64,000 nucleotides of DNA, taken from NCBI RefSeq assembly GCF_006345805.1, contig NC_043012.1, positions 3,472,001 to 3,536,000 on the forward strand. The letters are read 5' to 3'. A model generated the notes under the pieces. It was not told the DNA's origin, ran no database searches, and saw nothing but the letters and a program-made list of their open reading frames with translations. Below, in pieces: positions 1 to 11,371 of the stretch. This stretch comes from Octopus sinensis (lineage: Eukaryota). Numbering within the stretch: the stretch's first letter is position 1; the number at the start of each line of letters is the position of its first letter. A program made the translations under genes and the position numbers.

Positions 1-969
1 GGTGTGGACAGGACATTGTTCCTGGCCAGAAAAGTTGACTCCGACGTAACGAGACAGAGCGTGCAGAGAGTGGTTAGCAGTTGTGACAGGTGCCAGTCCA
101 TCGACCCTGCTCCGGTCGTGCATGAAGCGGGAAGTATTCCAGTGGACCAGGACTGGAGACGACTGGCGGTGAACATAACACACTACCGGCAGGGGACATA
201 CCTCTCAATGGTTGACTGCGGACCGGGGCGGTTCGCCATAGGGAGGGAGATGAAGTCGAGGACCGCAGAAGAAAATGTGAAAGTGTTGAATGAGATATTC
301 CTGGAACAAGGCCCCGTGGATGAACTGCTTCTGGACAACGGCACTGCATTTCGCTCGGATGTGCTGAGAGAAATGCTTGATGAGTGGAAGGTCAACCGCT
401 TCTTCAGGGCGGCATACCGGCCAAGTGGAAACGGGGTGGTGGAAAGGCATCATCGTACCATCAAGGCCATGGCAGAGAGGGGTCACATTTCACCAGTCGA
501 GGCCGTGTTTTGGTACAATATGTCGCCCAGATCAGGACAGGCTGAGGAGTCGGTGCCATACAGGGCAATATTCAGGTACGAGTGGAGGCATCTGTGTACT
601 ACATCAATGCGACCCGGGGCAGAGGAAGAGCACGCCTTCGTGCAGGTCGGGAAGGAAGTCTGGGTAAGACCCCCAAACGCATGGTGTACATCGCAATGGG
701 GAAAGGGGACAATAACCTCCGTAAATTCAAAGAATAACATCTCGGTCGATGGTATGCCACGCCACGTTTTGGACATACGGAGGATTGTCCATGCCCCAGA
801 GGATGGGGCCAGCAGCAGTGGGCAAGACGAAAACAACAGACAGGATGACGAGGTCGGCAGCAACACACCAGGAACAAGTCCTAGGGTCGCACTGCGACCA
901 CAGAGGGAGCGGCACCCTCCTCCCTGGTTGGCTGATTATGAAACCAGTTTCAGGTGCGGGAGCGAGTGA
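1..969 (+). mobile_element. Gypsy/Ty3-like LTR retrotransposon pol 3' end (integrase, open from the window edge)
   Basis: The ORF track 4..969 shows CxxC (SCDRCQ, end of the HHCC finger) and the catalytic triad VD...LDNG...VVE, with exactly 35 residues between the second D and the E. It ends with a typical RPQRERHPPPWLADY tail. There are no stops. The GTG at 4 is not a real start because the ORF continues upstream. Confidence 0.92.
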
Positions 970-1005
970 GGAAGCCGGTTCAGTGATCTGTAGATCAGGG
1001 GGGCG

Positions 1006-1267
1006 TGTGGTGTGTAGGTGAAGGAGTGTGATGGATGGGGGAGAGCGGAAGTGGGGCTTGCAGGGCTTGCAGGGCGCATGCGCCGGAGGAAGAGGAAGTG
1101 ACAGGCAGAACGCACGTGTGGCATTGACCAGTTGCGGCAGACACGACGAAGGGACCAGACGATCGAGTTGGCTAAAAGCGATCCAAGTTCATCTCCGACG
1201 AGGTAAGACCCAATTACATTTCCATTCTCCCTTTTTCTGTTGTACTCTTTTCACCGTTCACACTACA
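1006..1267 (+). mobile_element. 3' LTR of the Gypsy element, preceded by a polypurine tract
   Basis: A G-rich tract AGGGGGGCG (about 997-1005) directly precedes TGTGGTGTG at 1006. The segment ends CACACTACA at 1267, an 8/9 terminal inverted match with TG...CA ends. Confidence 0.75.
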
Positions 1268-1708
1268 AATGGTATGAAAGTAAACCAGGAGCAACTGGTA
1301 TGTTTGAAGGGAAAAGTAAAATAAAGGAACAAATAGAGATATATATTATGATATAGATGGAACTCAGCCACAATGATAATATTATATATATATATATATA
1401 TTATACACGTTATTTATATATATATATATATACATTATAATTATATATATAGTTATATATGTGTGTGTATTCTTTTATTGGTTTCAGTCATTTAACTGTG
1501 GCCATGCTGGAGCATCACATTTAGTTGAACAAATTGATCCCAGGACTTATTCTTTGTAAGCATAGTACTTATTCTATCATTCTATCAGTCTCTTTTGCCA
1601 AACCGCTAAGTTACGGGGACGAAAACACACTAATGTCAGTTGTCAAGTGAGGGTGGGGTGACAAACTCAGATACACAAACATATATATACATATATATAT
1701 ATATATAT

Positions 1709-1933
1709 CATCACCATCGTTTAACGTCCGCTTTCCATGCTAGCATGGGTTGGACGGTTCGACCGGGGTCTGGGAAGCCAGGAGGCTACTCCAGGCCCAG
1801 TCTGATCTGGCAGTGTTTCTACAGCTGGATGCCCTTCCTAACGCTAACCACTCAGTGAGTGTAGTAGGTGTTTTTTACGTGCCACCAGCACAGGTGCCAG
1901 GCGAGGCTGGCAACGGCCACGATCGGTTGGTGC
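1709..1933 (-). mobile_element. RTE-tail-type SINE or RTE 3' end (family C)
   Basis: Same sequence (CATCATCGTTTAACGTCCGCTTTCCATGC...GGATGCCCTTCCTAACGCCAACCAC) recurs at about 3830-4470, 6072-6268, 9893-10305 and 38180-38318, with an (ATG)n tail. It also forms the 3' end of the RTE fragment at 16.1-16.65 kb. Confidence 0.75.
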
Positions 1934-2187
1934 TATATATATATATATATTTTTATATATTTTTATGTATTTTTATATAATTTTTATGACGAAAAATGCG
2001 AGCGATGTATAAGTACGCAGGCAAAGCAGAGTTATAACAGAGTAATTTCCCTTCTTTTTTAACGGTATTTTTTCATAACGTTTTTCAAATAGCCAGATAA
2101 CCGAAGAGATGGTGTTGTGGATTTCCACTTCGCATCTGAAACTCAGAGTTTTATCTTGACTACCGAGTAATGTAACATATTGTATAG

Positions 2188-2225
<38 letters not shown>

Positions 2226-2421
2226 ATATATATATACAACGCTTCTTTCAGTTTCTATCTACCAAATCCACTCAAAAGGTTTTGGTCAGCCTGAGAGTAC
2301 AGTAGAAGACACTTACCCAAGGTGCCAGACAGAGGACTGAACCTGGTACTATGTGGTTGGGAAGCAAGCTTCTTACCACAGGTATATATGTGTGTGTGTC
2401 TGTGTATATATATATATATAT

Positions 2422-2800
2422 ATACTAGCAGAGATACCTGGCATGGCTCGGGATTAAAATAGCATAGTTGCCATGTGATGCCTTTATATGACTTTTAAGC
2501 CCTGCCAAGTTACATACTAGACAACTGCGCTGGCTGGCAGGAAAAACAGGTGCCACCATATGCACTCTCTTGACATGTCTTTATAGACTTCCAACTGAGA
2601 GGCACACCCTTCCACATTTTACACACATTGTTATGAATTTTAATAGCCACATCACTATGTATATACTACTTTCATAGCGAAAATATTAATAGTGAAACTA
2701 TTGAAACTGTTTGTTACTATTATCTCACATTACAATAGAGATGTTATTGTTTCACTTTTGACACATAATACCAAAAGAGATTGCTCCGGGCTCGCATTCT
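2422..2800. mobile_element. Non-autonomous repeat, possibly Helitron-like
   Basis: Begins TACTAGC...CCTGGCATGGCTCGGG after a (TA)n tract. Its distal part (about 2680-2790) recurs at about 6490-6600. The class assignment is inference. Confidence 0.35.
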
Positions 2801-3057
2801 ATGAGAATTTTGATGACTCACCAGGCCTGCATGACTCAAACATCACCCACAAACCACACACATAAAAAGCAACATACACACACACACATATATACAACAG
2901 GCTTCTTTCAGTTTCCTTCTACTAAATCCATTCACAAGGCTTTGGTCAGCCTGAGGCTATAGTAGAAGACACTTGCCCAAGGTGCCATGCAATGGGACTG
3001 AACACAGAACCATGTGGTTGGTAAGCAAGCTACTTACCACACAGCCACTCCTGCACC

Positions 3058-3092
<35 letters not shown>

Positions 3093-3189
3093 ATACATAT
3101 ATATGTATGTATATATATATATATATATGTATATATATGTATATATATGTTTGTATATATATATATATGTATATATATGGTATATATAT

Positions 3190-3235
<46 letters not shown>

Positions 3236-3357
3236 ACAAACACACACACATATATATATATACATATATATATATGACAGTGCCCCAGCATGGCCACAGC
3301 TCGTGAGCTGAGACTAGATAAAATAAAATAAATGAAAATAAAATAATATATATATAT

Positions 3358-3763
3358 AGGCGCAGGAGTGGGTGTGTGATAAGTAGCTTGCTTACCAACC
3401 ACACAGTTCCGGGTTCAGTCCCACTGCGTGGCACCTTGGGAAAGTGTCTTCTACTATAGCCTCGGGTCGACCAAAGCCTTGTGAGTGGATTTGGTAGACG
3501 GAAACTGAAAGAAGCCTGTCGTGTATGTATATATATATGTATGTATGTGTGTGTGTGTTTGTGTCTGTGTTTGTCCCGCCAACATCGCTTGACAACTGAT
3601 GCTGGTATATTTACGTCCCCGTTAATTAGCGGTTCGGCAAAAGAGACTGATAGAATAAGTACTAGGCTTACAAAGAATAAGTCCTGGAGTCGATTTGCTC
3701 GACTAAAAGGCGGTACTCCAGCATGGCTGCAGTCAAATGACTGGAACAAGTAAAAAAAAAGAG
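3358..3763 (+). mobile_element. tRNA-derived SINE, full length (family A)
   Basis: tRNA-like head (GGAGTGGGTGTGTGATAAG...GGGTTCAGTCCC), CCTTGGGAAAGTGTCTT central block, internal (TA/TG)n and a conserved 3' tail. Many partial copies lie at about 1470-1680, 2238-2385, 2895-3058, 9.1-9.9 kb, 16.9-17.3 kb, 21.6 kb, 23.3-24.2 kb, 25.8 kb, 32.2-32.4 kb, 45.1-45.4 kb and 58.8-59.6 kb. Confidence 0.85.
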
Positions 3764-4533
3764 TATATATACATCTATATATATATACACAGATATACAT
3801 GAATACACACACACACATATATATTTATCATCGCTGTCATTTAACATCTGCTTTCCATGCTTGCATGGGTTGGACTGTTTAACTGAGGACTTGTGAGCCA
3901 GAAGGCTGCACCAGGCTCAATCTGATCTGGCAAAGTTTCTACAGATAGATGCCCCTCCTAACGCCAACCACTCTGAGAATGTAATGGGTGCTTTTACGTG
4001 CCACCGGCACGAGGGCCAGCCAAGCAATTCTGGCAATGATCATGCTCAAAAGGAGTTTTTTACATGCTACCAGTATGGGAGCCAGTCTGGCGGCACTGGC
4101 AATGACCACGCTCGAATGTTGTTTTTCAACTGCCACCTGTACATGTGCCAGTAAGACGATGCTGGCAATGATCACACCTGAATGGTGCTTTTTACATGCC
4201 ACCGGCATTTGAGCCAATCTCTTGCCCTGGCAACGATCACACTCGGGTGTGCTTTTAACGTTCCACTGGCATGAGTGCCAACCAGGCAGTACTGTCCTCG
4301 GCCACGTCAGTGATTTTGATTTGATTTCACTTGACTCAATAGGTCTTTGCATGCAAAGTTTATTGTCCAATGAATTAGGGGTACTCATAAGTGAGCTGGT
4401 TACACCCCACGCTTGGATGTGCTTTTAATGTTCCACTGGCATGAGTTTCAATCAGGCGGTACTGTCATCAGCCACAAAAATAAATATATGTATGTATATA
4501 TATATATATATACACACAAACACACACCCATAA

Positions 4534-4564
<31 letters not shown>

Positions 4565-4653
4565 TAATAATAAATATTAGGGAATAAATCCAAATTTACA
4601 GGGAAAAAATCAGATTTAGGATTAAATCCAATTTTATAGTAAAATATTATATT

Positions 4654-4989
<336 letters not shown>

Positions 4990-5323
4990 CTATATATATA
5001 TATATATATATATATCATACATACATACATATATACATATAAATCTACTATACATCCATATATATACATCTATACATATACATCTCTATATATACATATA
5101 AATCGAAATATACATATATGTCTATTCATTTACATCTATACATATGCATATATAATTGTGCAGATATATATATACACATATATACATGTGTGTGTGTATA
5201 TATATACTTACTTGGAAAAGGATGTGTGGCATTTGATCATATAATAATATAAATAATATATAAATATATGCATATATACATACATATATGTACATACCAA
5301 CATATATATGTATATATACATGC

Positions 5324-5920
5324 ATATATGGGTACAGGACATCAAAAAAACATTGAATATGATGAGGAATGAAAACATAAAAACAAAAATATAGAAACGA
5401 ACTTTTTTCTCCTCCTCAACACTCTTGTTGCCGACACGTGATGAGGGGGAATCCACCTTTCCGCCAACTACCTTCACAAAGACTAAACGAGCTCATCCTG
5501 TCTCTTCATAAGCTCGTCTCCTTGAACATTCAGAATAACTTTTCCATCGTCTTGCCTTAACAACCCTCATCATTTGTTTTTACTCTTTTATCCTCATTGT
5601 TCTGTTTTTTACTGTTTTTACTGTCTTGTTCTCTCTCTCCTGTTCTGGTTACCACTTTCACCCTCCGCAAAAGATACCAAATTTTATTTAATTTGCTTTG
5701 CGGAAAGGACTGTTTCAATGAAGTCACGTCTTGTCCTTACCTTCAAAACGCGGAGAAGATGAAACAGGGGACAACTGATGAAGGGAATATTCTTTATGTT
5801 GTGTGTCTCGTTTCTCTGTTTTTTTAGTTGTTTGAAAAAAAGTTCGTTTCTATGTTTTTGTTTTTCTGTTTTCATTTCTCATTGAGTTCAACGTTTTTTT
5901 GATGTCGTGTACCCATATAT
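5324..5920. repeat. Foldback element: diverged ~85-bp inverted arms (5324-5409 and 5834-5920)
   Basis: ATATATGGGTACAGGACATCAAAAAAAC...GAAACGAACTTTTTTC versus GAAAAAAAGTTCGTTTC...GTTTTTTTGATGTCGTGTACCCATATAT. Confidence 0.7.
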
Positions 5921-5981
5921 ACGTATATATGTAGGTATGTAGATATATGTATGTATATATGCATATATATTTATATATATT

Positions 5982-6054
<73 letters not shown>

Positions 6055-6267
6055 CATATATATACATATATGCAGGTGGCACGTAAAAAGCACCCACTAC
6101 ACTCACGGAGTGGTTGGCGTTAGGAAGGGCATCCAGCTGTAGAAACATTGCCAGATAAGACCGGAGCCTGGTGCAGCCTTCTGGCTTCCCAGACCCCCGG
6201 TTGAACCGTCCAACCCATGCTAGCATGGAGAACGGACGTTAAACGATGATGATGATGATGATGATGA

Positions 6268-6301
<34 letters not shown>

Positions 6302-6302
6302 C

Positions 6303-6463
<161 letters not shown>

Positions 6464-6973
6464 TGTGTATATACTATGTTCATAGTAAAAGTATTAATAG
6501 TGAAACAATTAAAACTGTCACTATTATCTCACATTACAATAGAGATGTTATTGTTTCACTTTTGACACATAATACCGAAACAGTCTAAGAGATTGCTCCG
6601 GGATCACATTAGGCAAGAAGGTGAACATTTGTGGGGGCTCTGACGCATTATGGACCCTATGTAGTGTATGTGTGAAATTAGGTGGTATATATATATTAAG
6701 TAGTATTAAATTTAAGATAATTAGGTATTATATTAGATGATATTTAGTCAACTAAATTATAGAGTGATATATTAAATCTATAGATACTACACATATATAT
6801 TAATTATATAGCTAGCTTATTTAATGAGTTTGTCTATATTTGAACCATTTCTTATTTTGATTACAATATTAATGACTTGTACTAGCATTGTGTATATTAA
6901 TTAATTTTAAAGTATTGAATAATTTAAGTATTGTTTTTAGTTTTCACTTAATGTATATTTAGTATCTTATATA

Positions 6974-7033
<60 letters not shown>

Positions 7034-7073
7034 ATATTAATTAATTAATTATTTTATTATTCTAGTTTATTTT

Positions 7074-7181
7074 TAACCTGAAGAGTGGCTATATTTATAT
7101 CGAAGTGATTTTACTACTACTATTAATTAATTTTTTTACTATAATCATTTCTTAAATATAGCCTCGAAACACATGTCGTTA
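7074..7181 (+). ncRNA. Minimal type I hammerhead ribozyme, copy A
   Basis: Stem I TAAC/GTTA; core CTGAAGA (7078-7084); long stem II G-C plus GGCTATATTTA/TAAATATAGCC plus GAAGTGATT/AATCATTTC; then GAAA-C-ACAT-G-TC (7166-7177). The predicted cut is after GUC at 7177. Confidence 0.75.
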
Positions 7182-7337
7182 TTCTACCAATTATACGTCT
7201 TTATTATTTTTTTTGTAATTTACTTTATCATCGGTATTTTATTGTTATTTTAATTTTAATATTTCTATTATATGTAATTTTCTAGATGGTGTATTTTAGT
7301 TGTTCATTTTGAATTGATAAAAGGTAGTTTTTTTCTA

Positions 7338-7382
<45 letters not shown>

Positions 7383-7440
7383 ATATATTTTTTTTAAAGT
7401 ATATTTATTAATTAATTATTTTATTATTCTAGTTTATTTT

Positions 7441-7548
7441 TAACCTGAAGAGTGGCTATATTTATATCGAAGTGATTTTACTACTACTATTAATTAATTT
7501 TTTTACTATAATCATTTCTTAAATATAGCCTCGAAACACATGTCGTTA
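7441..7548 (+). ncRNA. Minimal type I hammerhead ribozyme, copy B
   Basis: Same motif as copy A: CTGAAGA at 7445-7451, GAAA at 7533-7536, GUC cut site at 7544. Confidence 0.75.
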
Positions 7549-7711
7549 TTCTACCAATTATATACGTCTTTATTATTTTTTTTGTAATTTACTTTATCAT
7601 CGGCATTTTATTGTTATTTTAATTTTAATATTTCTATTATATGTAATTTTCTAGATGGTGTATTTTAATTGTTCATTTTGAATTGATAAAAGGTAGTTTT
7701 TTTCTAATTTA

Positions 7712-7766
<55 letters not shown>

Positions 7767-7769
<3 letters not shown>

Positions 7770-8122
7770 TACCAATTAAGGACTGAACACGAAAAGTGGA
7801 CAGTCAACATGCTAGATATAGACGTCAAATCGCCATTCACCACAAAAGATTATGTTCTCAGATCAAACTCAACACAAAACCATAGCAATAAACAAGTGAA
7901 AAATATACGAAATAAAATAATTACCCTTGCAGAAAATAACAGCTGAAACTAATTTATTACATGGGTAATTATTTTATTTCGTATATTTTTCACTTGTTTA
8001 TTGCTATGGTTTTGTGTTGAGTTTGATCTGAGAACATAATCTTTTGTGGTGAATGGCGATTTGACGTCTATATCTAGCATGTTGACTGTCCACTTTTCGT
8101 GTTCAGTCCTTAATTGGTATAT
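7767..8122. mobile_element. Perfect inverted repeat or MITE-like foldback (160-bp arms, 36-bp spacer) in a (TA)n context
   Basis: 7767-7926 is the exact reverse complement of 7963-8122 (no mismatch found by eye). TA flanks fit a Tc1/mariner-type target. Confidence 0.85.
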
Positions 8123-8208
8123 ATAAATATTTTAATCTTCGGATTCTTTTTTAATATGCTAGACCACTGGTCTTAATTGATAAATATCAATTTCTACCCT
8201 TAATTAAT

Positions 8209-8240
<32 letters not shown>

Positions 8241-8646
8241 CACATACCTATATATTATATATAATACATACGTTATATATATACATATCTTATTTATGAT
8301 ATATAAATATATATAATACATATGACTATTCATATACATATATACCTATGAATATTTACTTTACGCACACACACACAAATATATCTATATAAATATATAT
8401 ATGTTTTTATATTCAGTTATAATGAAAACAATTTTATATTAATCTGAAGGATTACTCCATACTTTTATTGAGTACATATAACAAGAATCGTATTGGCAGT
8501 GATTTCAAAGTTTCCGCCAATGACTTCCAAGGTTCACAAATACTTGCAGCCATCATCGGACAGTAATACATCAAGTTAATCTTGGATTTATATAGATTTA
8601 TATATTTAAAAGAGACGATGAGCGATGGTTAGAAGAATATTGAGCT

Positions 8647-8969
8647 TTATTTGATAACCAGCTGATCTAGCAAGCGGCTTTTTAATTGCACTATAATACT
8701 ATTAACAGTAGCAAGAGGAATTTGAAGATTTTCAGCAATTTTTTGCTGGCTAAGACCAGCCTCAGATTGCCCAACAATACGACCTCTTTGAAAATCTGAC
8801 AGTTCTGCTGAATTTTTTGTGCGTGGCATGGTTTCTCTTCACAAATGTTTAATAGAATGGCACCTGGAATGAAAAAGAATAATTACATTGTAAATTCTAC
8901 ACCACTGAAAACATATTAAGACGCTTTGATTAGAAATTTTGAAAATTAAAGGTGTTCATTTACTTCCTG
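8647..8969 (-). mobile_element. Tc1-like transposon 5' fragment (transposase N-terminal HTH, truncated)
   Basis: ORF 8647..8829: [42 protein letters not shown], a typical Tc1 paired-like HTH start. An upstream end-like sequence CATGCAGGAAGTAAATGAACACC is present. Confidence 0.75.
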
Positions 8970-11070
8970 CATGTTTGTGTATATATATGTGTATGTGAAG
9001 ACTCACACACACACACACACGTGGTGGCAATCAAACTATCACACAAAAAACACACACATATTGATATCAATGGTTTTTTTTTTTAAAGTTTCCATCTACC
9101 AAACCCACTCACAAGGCTTTGGTCTACCTGGAGCTATAGTTGAAGACATTTATTCAAGGTGCCAAACATGAGGTCTGAACCTGAAAAGCATACTTCTTAC
9201 TACATAGCCATGCCTAATAATAAATAAAAAAAACATAAAAATAAACAAGCTTTTGATGATTTTTATAGATATTTCAAAATTACGATGCTATGATGCTCGG
9301 TGTTTCCATTATTTTGTCCAACCTCTCTCCCTCTCTCTCTCTATATATATATATACACATACATATATGACAGGGTTCTTTCTGTTTCCGTCTACCATAT
9401 CCACTTTGGTTTACTTGAGGCTATAGTAGAAGACACTTGCCCAAGGTGCCACACAGTGGGACTGGACCCGGAACCATGTGGTTGGTAAGCAAGCTACTTA
9501 CCACACAGCCACTCCTGCACCTATATATATATAAATATATATCTTTATCTTTTACTTGTTTCAGACATTGGACTGTGGCCATGCTAGAGCACTACCCTGA
9601 ATGATTTAGTTGAACAAACTGACACTAGTAATTATTTTCTCAGTCTCTTTTGCTGAATTGCTAAGTTACAAGGACATAAACAAACCAACAGTGATGTTGG
9701 TGGGGGGCAGTCACAAAATCACACACATATACACACAGAATGGGCTTTCAAATTTCCATCTATCAAATTTGCTCACAAAATACTGGTTGATCCAAGGCTA
9801 TAATAGCAGACACTTGCTCAAGGTGCCACACTGTGGACCTGAACTCTAGACCACATCATTGCAAGTAAGCTTCATAACCATGGCTGTGCCTCGTCATCAT
9901 CATCATCATTTGATGTTCATTGTCCATGGTGGCATGGGTCAAAGGTTTCACCAAGGCTGGCAAACTGGAAGTCTGCACCAGACTCCAGTCTGATTTAGCA
10001 TGGTTTCTATGGCTGGATGCCCTTCCTAATGCCAACCACAAGAGTGTAATGGGTACTTTTACATGACACTGGCACAGGTGTCATTTCTGTGACACCAGTA
10101 TCTGCCACGACTGCAATTTTACTTGGCATGTTGGGTCTTTTTCTCAAGTACAGCATAATGCCAAAAGTCTGTCATTCGTCATTGCCTCTGTGAGGCTTAA
10201 CACTCAAAAGATGCTTCTAACTTGCCACCGTCACGGGTGATACCAGCATCGGCTACAAATACAATTTCACTTGGCTTGACAGGTCTTCTCAAGCAACATT
10301 TGAAAGGTACCTGTACCCTCTATCTCTTTAGTGATGTCTATTAATTTGCCTTTAAGTTAATTGCCGACAAGCCACCCATTTTATAGTTTATACTTTCACC
10401 ATTTTGAAGTCACTGCATGCGTTTCAACCGTATTCTTATAAGACTGATAGAGGGAGTTGAGTTTAACCATAGGTGGTAAGAGTCACTGATGAGGATTAAG
10501 GTGCCCTGTATTAAAATCCCAAATCATCGATTTGGCTATATCTGCTAAGGGCTTACCTCCTCTTATCAGGCATTAATTATGAGTTGTTTTGACTCTTATT
10601 TCTAGCAATACTGGTACTAATTAGTACTCTCGGTCACTTTAGTGACCTCTATTAATTTGTCTTTAAGTCGTTTAATTCCTTATAAGCAACCCATTTTGTT
10701 TAATATATATCATTGCTATTATGTTAAACTGTTGTATGTCCAAATGCATTTTTTTCCAATATTTAATTTTGCGTGCAATAGCCGGTTCTTTTGGTCAAAC
10801 TATCGTATCTCCAGCTGCTTCAGATTAAAATTGTCGAAGTGTAGTACAACGGTTTAGCATTTTTCAAAAGTGTAGTAAGCCCCACATACAACAGTTTTAT
10901 AAAAATATTTCTGACTGAAAATATCATAAATGCATGGAGTTACGATTTTATGCACCCAACAAAGTATTATTACTTCACTGAAACTGTTGCTAATGGGAAA
11001 AGAAATGGAATGGTGAAACTATTATTTTTTTGTTTTCTGAAAAAAAGCAGTGTTTATAATAACAACAAAA

Positions 11071-11107
<37 letters not shown>

Positions 11108-11142
11108 TTTTGCAACCTCTCTCTCTCTAATATATATATATA

Positions 11143-11371
11143 TCTTTACTACTCACAAGGGGCTAAACACAGAGAGGACAAACAAGGACAGACAAAGGGA
11201 TCAAGTCGATTACATCGACCCCCAGTGCGCAACTGGTACTTAATTTATCGACCCTGAAAAGATGAAAGGTAAAGTCGACCTCGGCGGAATTTGAACTCAG
11301 AATGTAGCGGCAGACGAAAAACAGCCACACATTTCGCCCGGCATGCTAACGTTTCTGCCAGCTCGCCGCCT
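11143..11371 (-). mobile_element. SINE family B
   Basis: Near-identical to copies at 22221-22455 (+), 32933-33146 (-) and about 60690-60896 (-). Diverged copies lie near 12.7-13.26 kb, 14.96-15.17 kb and 62.4-62.8 kb. Confidence 0.8.

Larger units (their letters stand above)
7029..7712 (+). repeat. Two tandem copies of a ~367-bp AT-rich unit (Penelope pLTR or retrozyme-like)
   Basis: About 7029-7345 and 7396-7712 are almost identical, separated by (TA)n. Each carries a hammerhead motif. Confidence 0.85.

Noticed and set aside
1268-1282. TGGTATGAAAG after the LTR resembling a tRNA-iMet primer-binding site
   Set aside because: The match is only partial, no gag ORF follows, and the LTR is preceded by integrase and a PPT, so it is a 3' LTR.
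5765-5820. CTGATGA as a further hammerhead core
   Set aside because: No GAAA follows a plausible stem II and no cut triplet is present.
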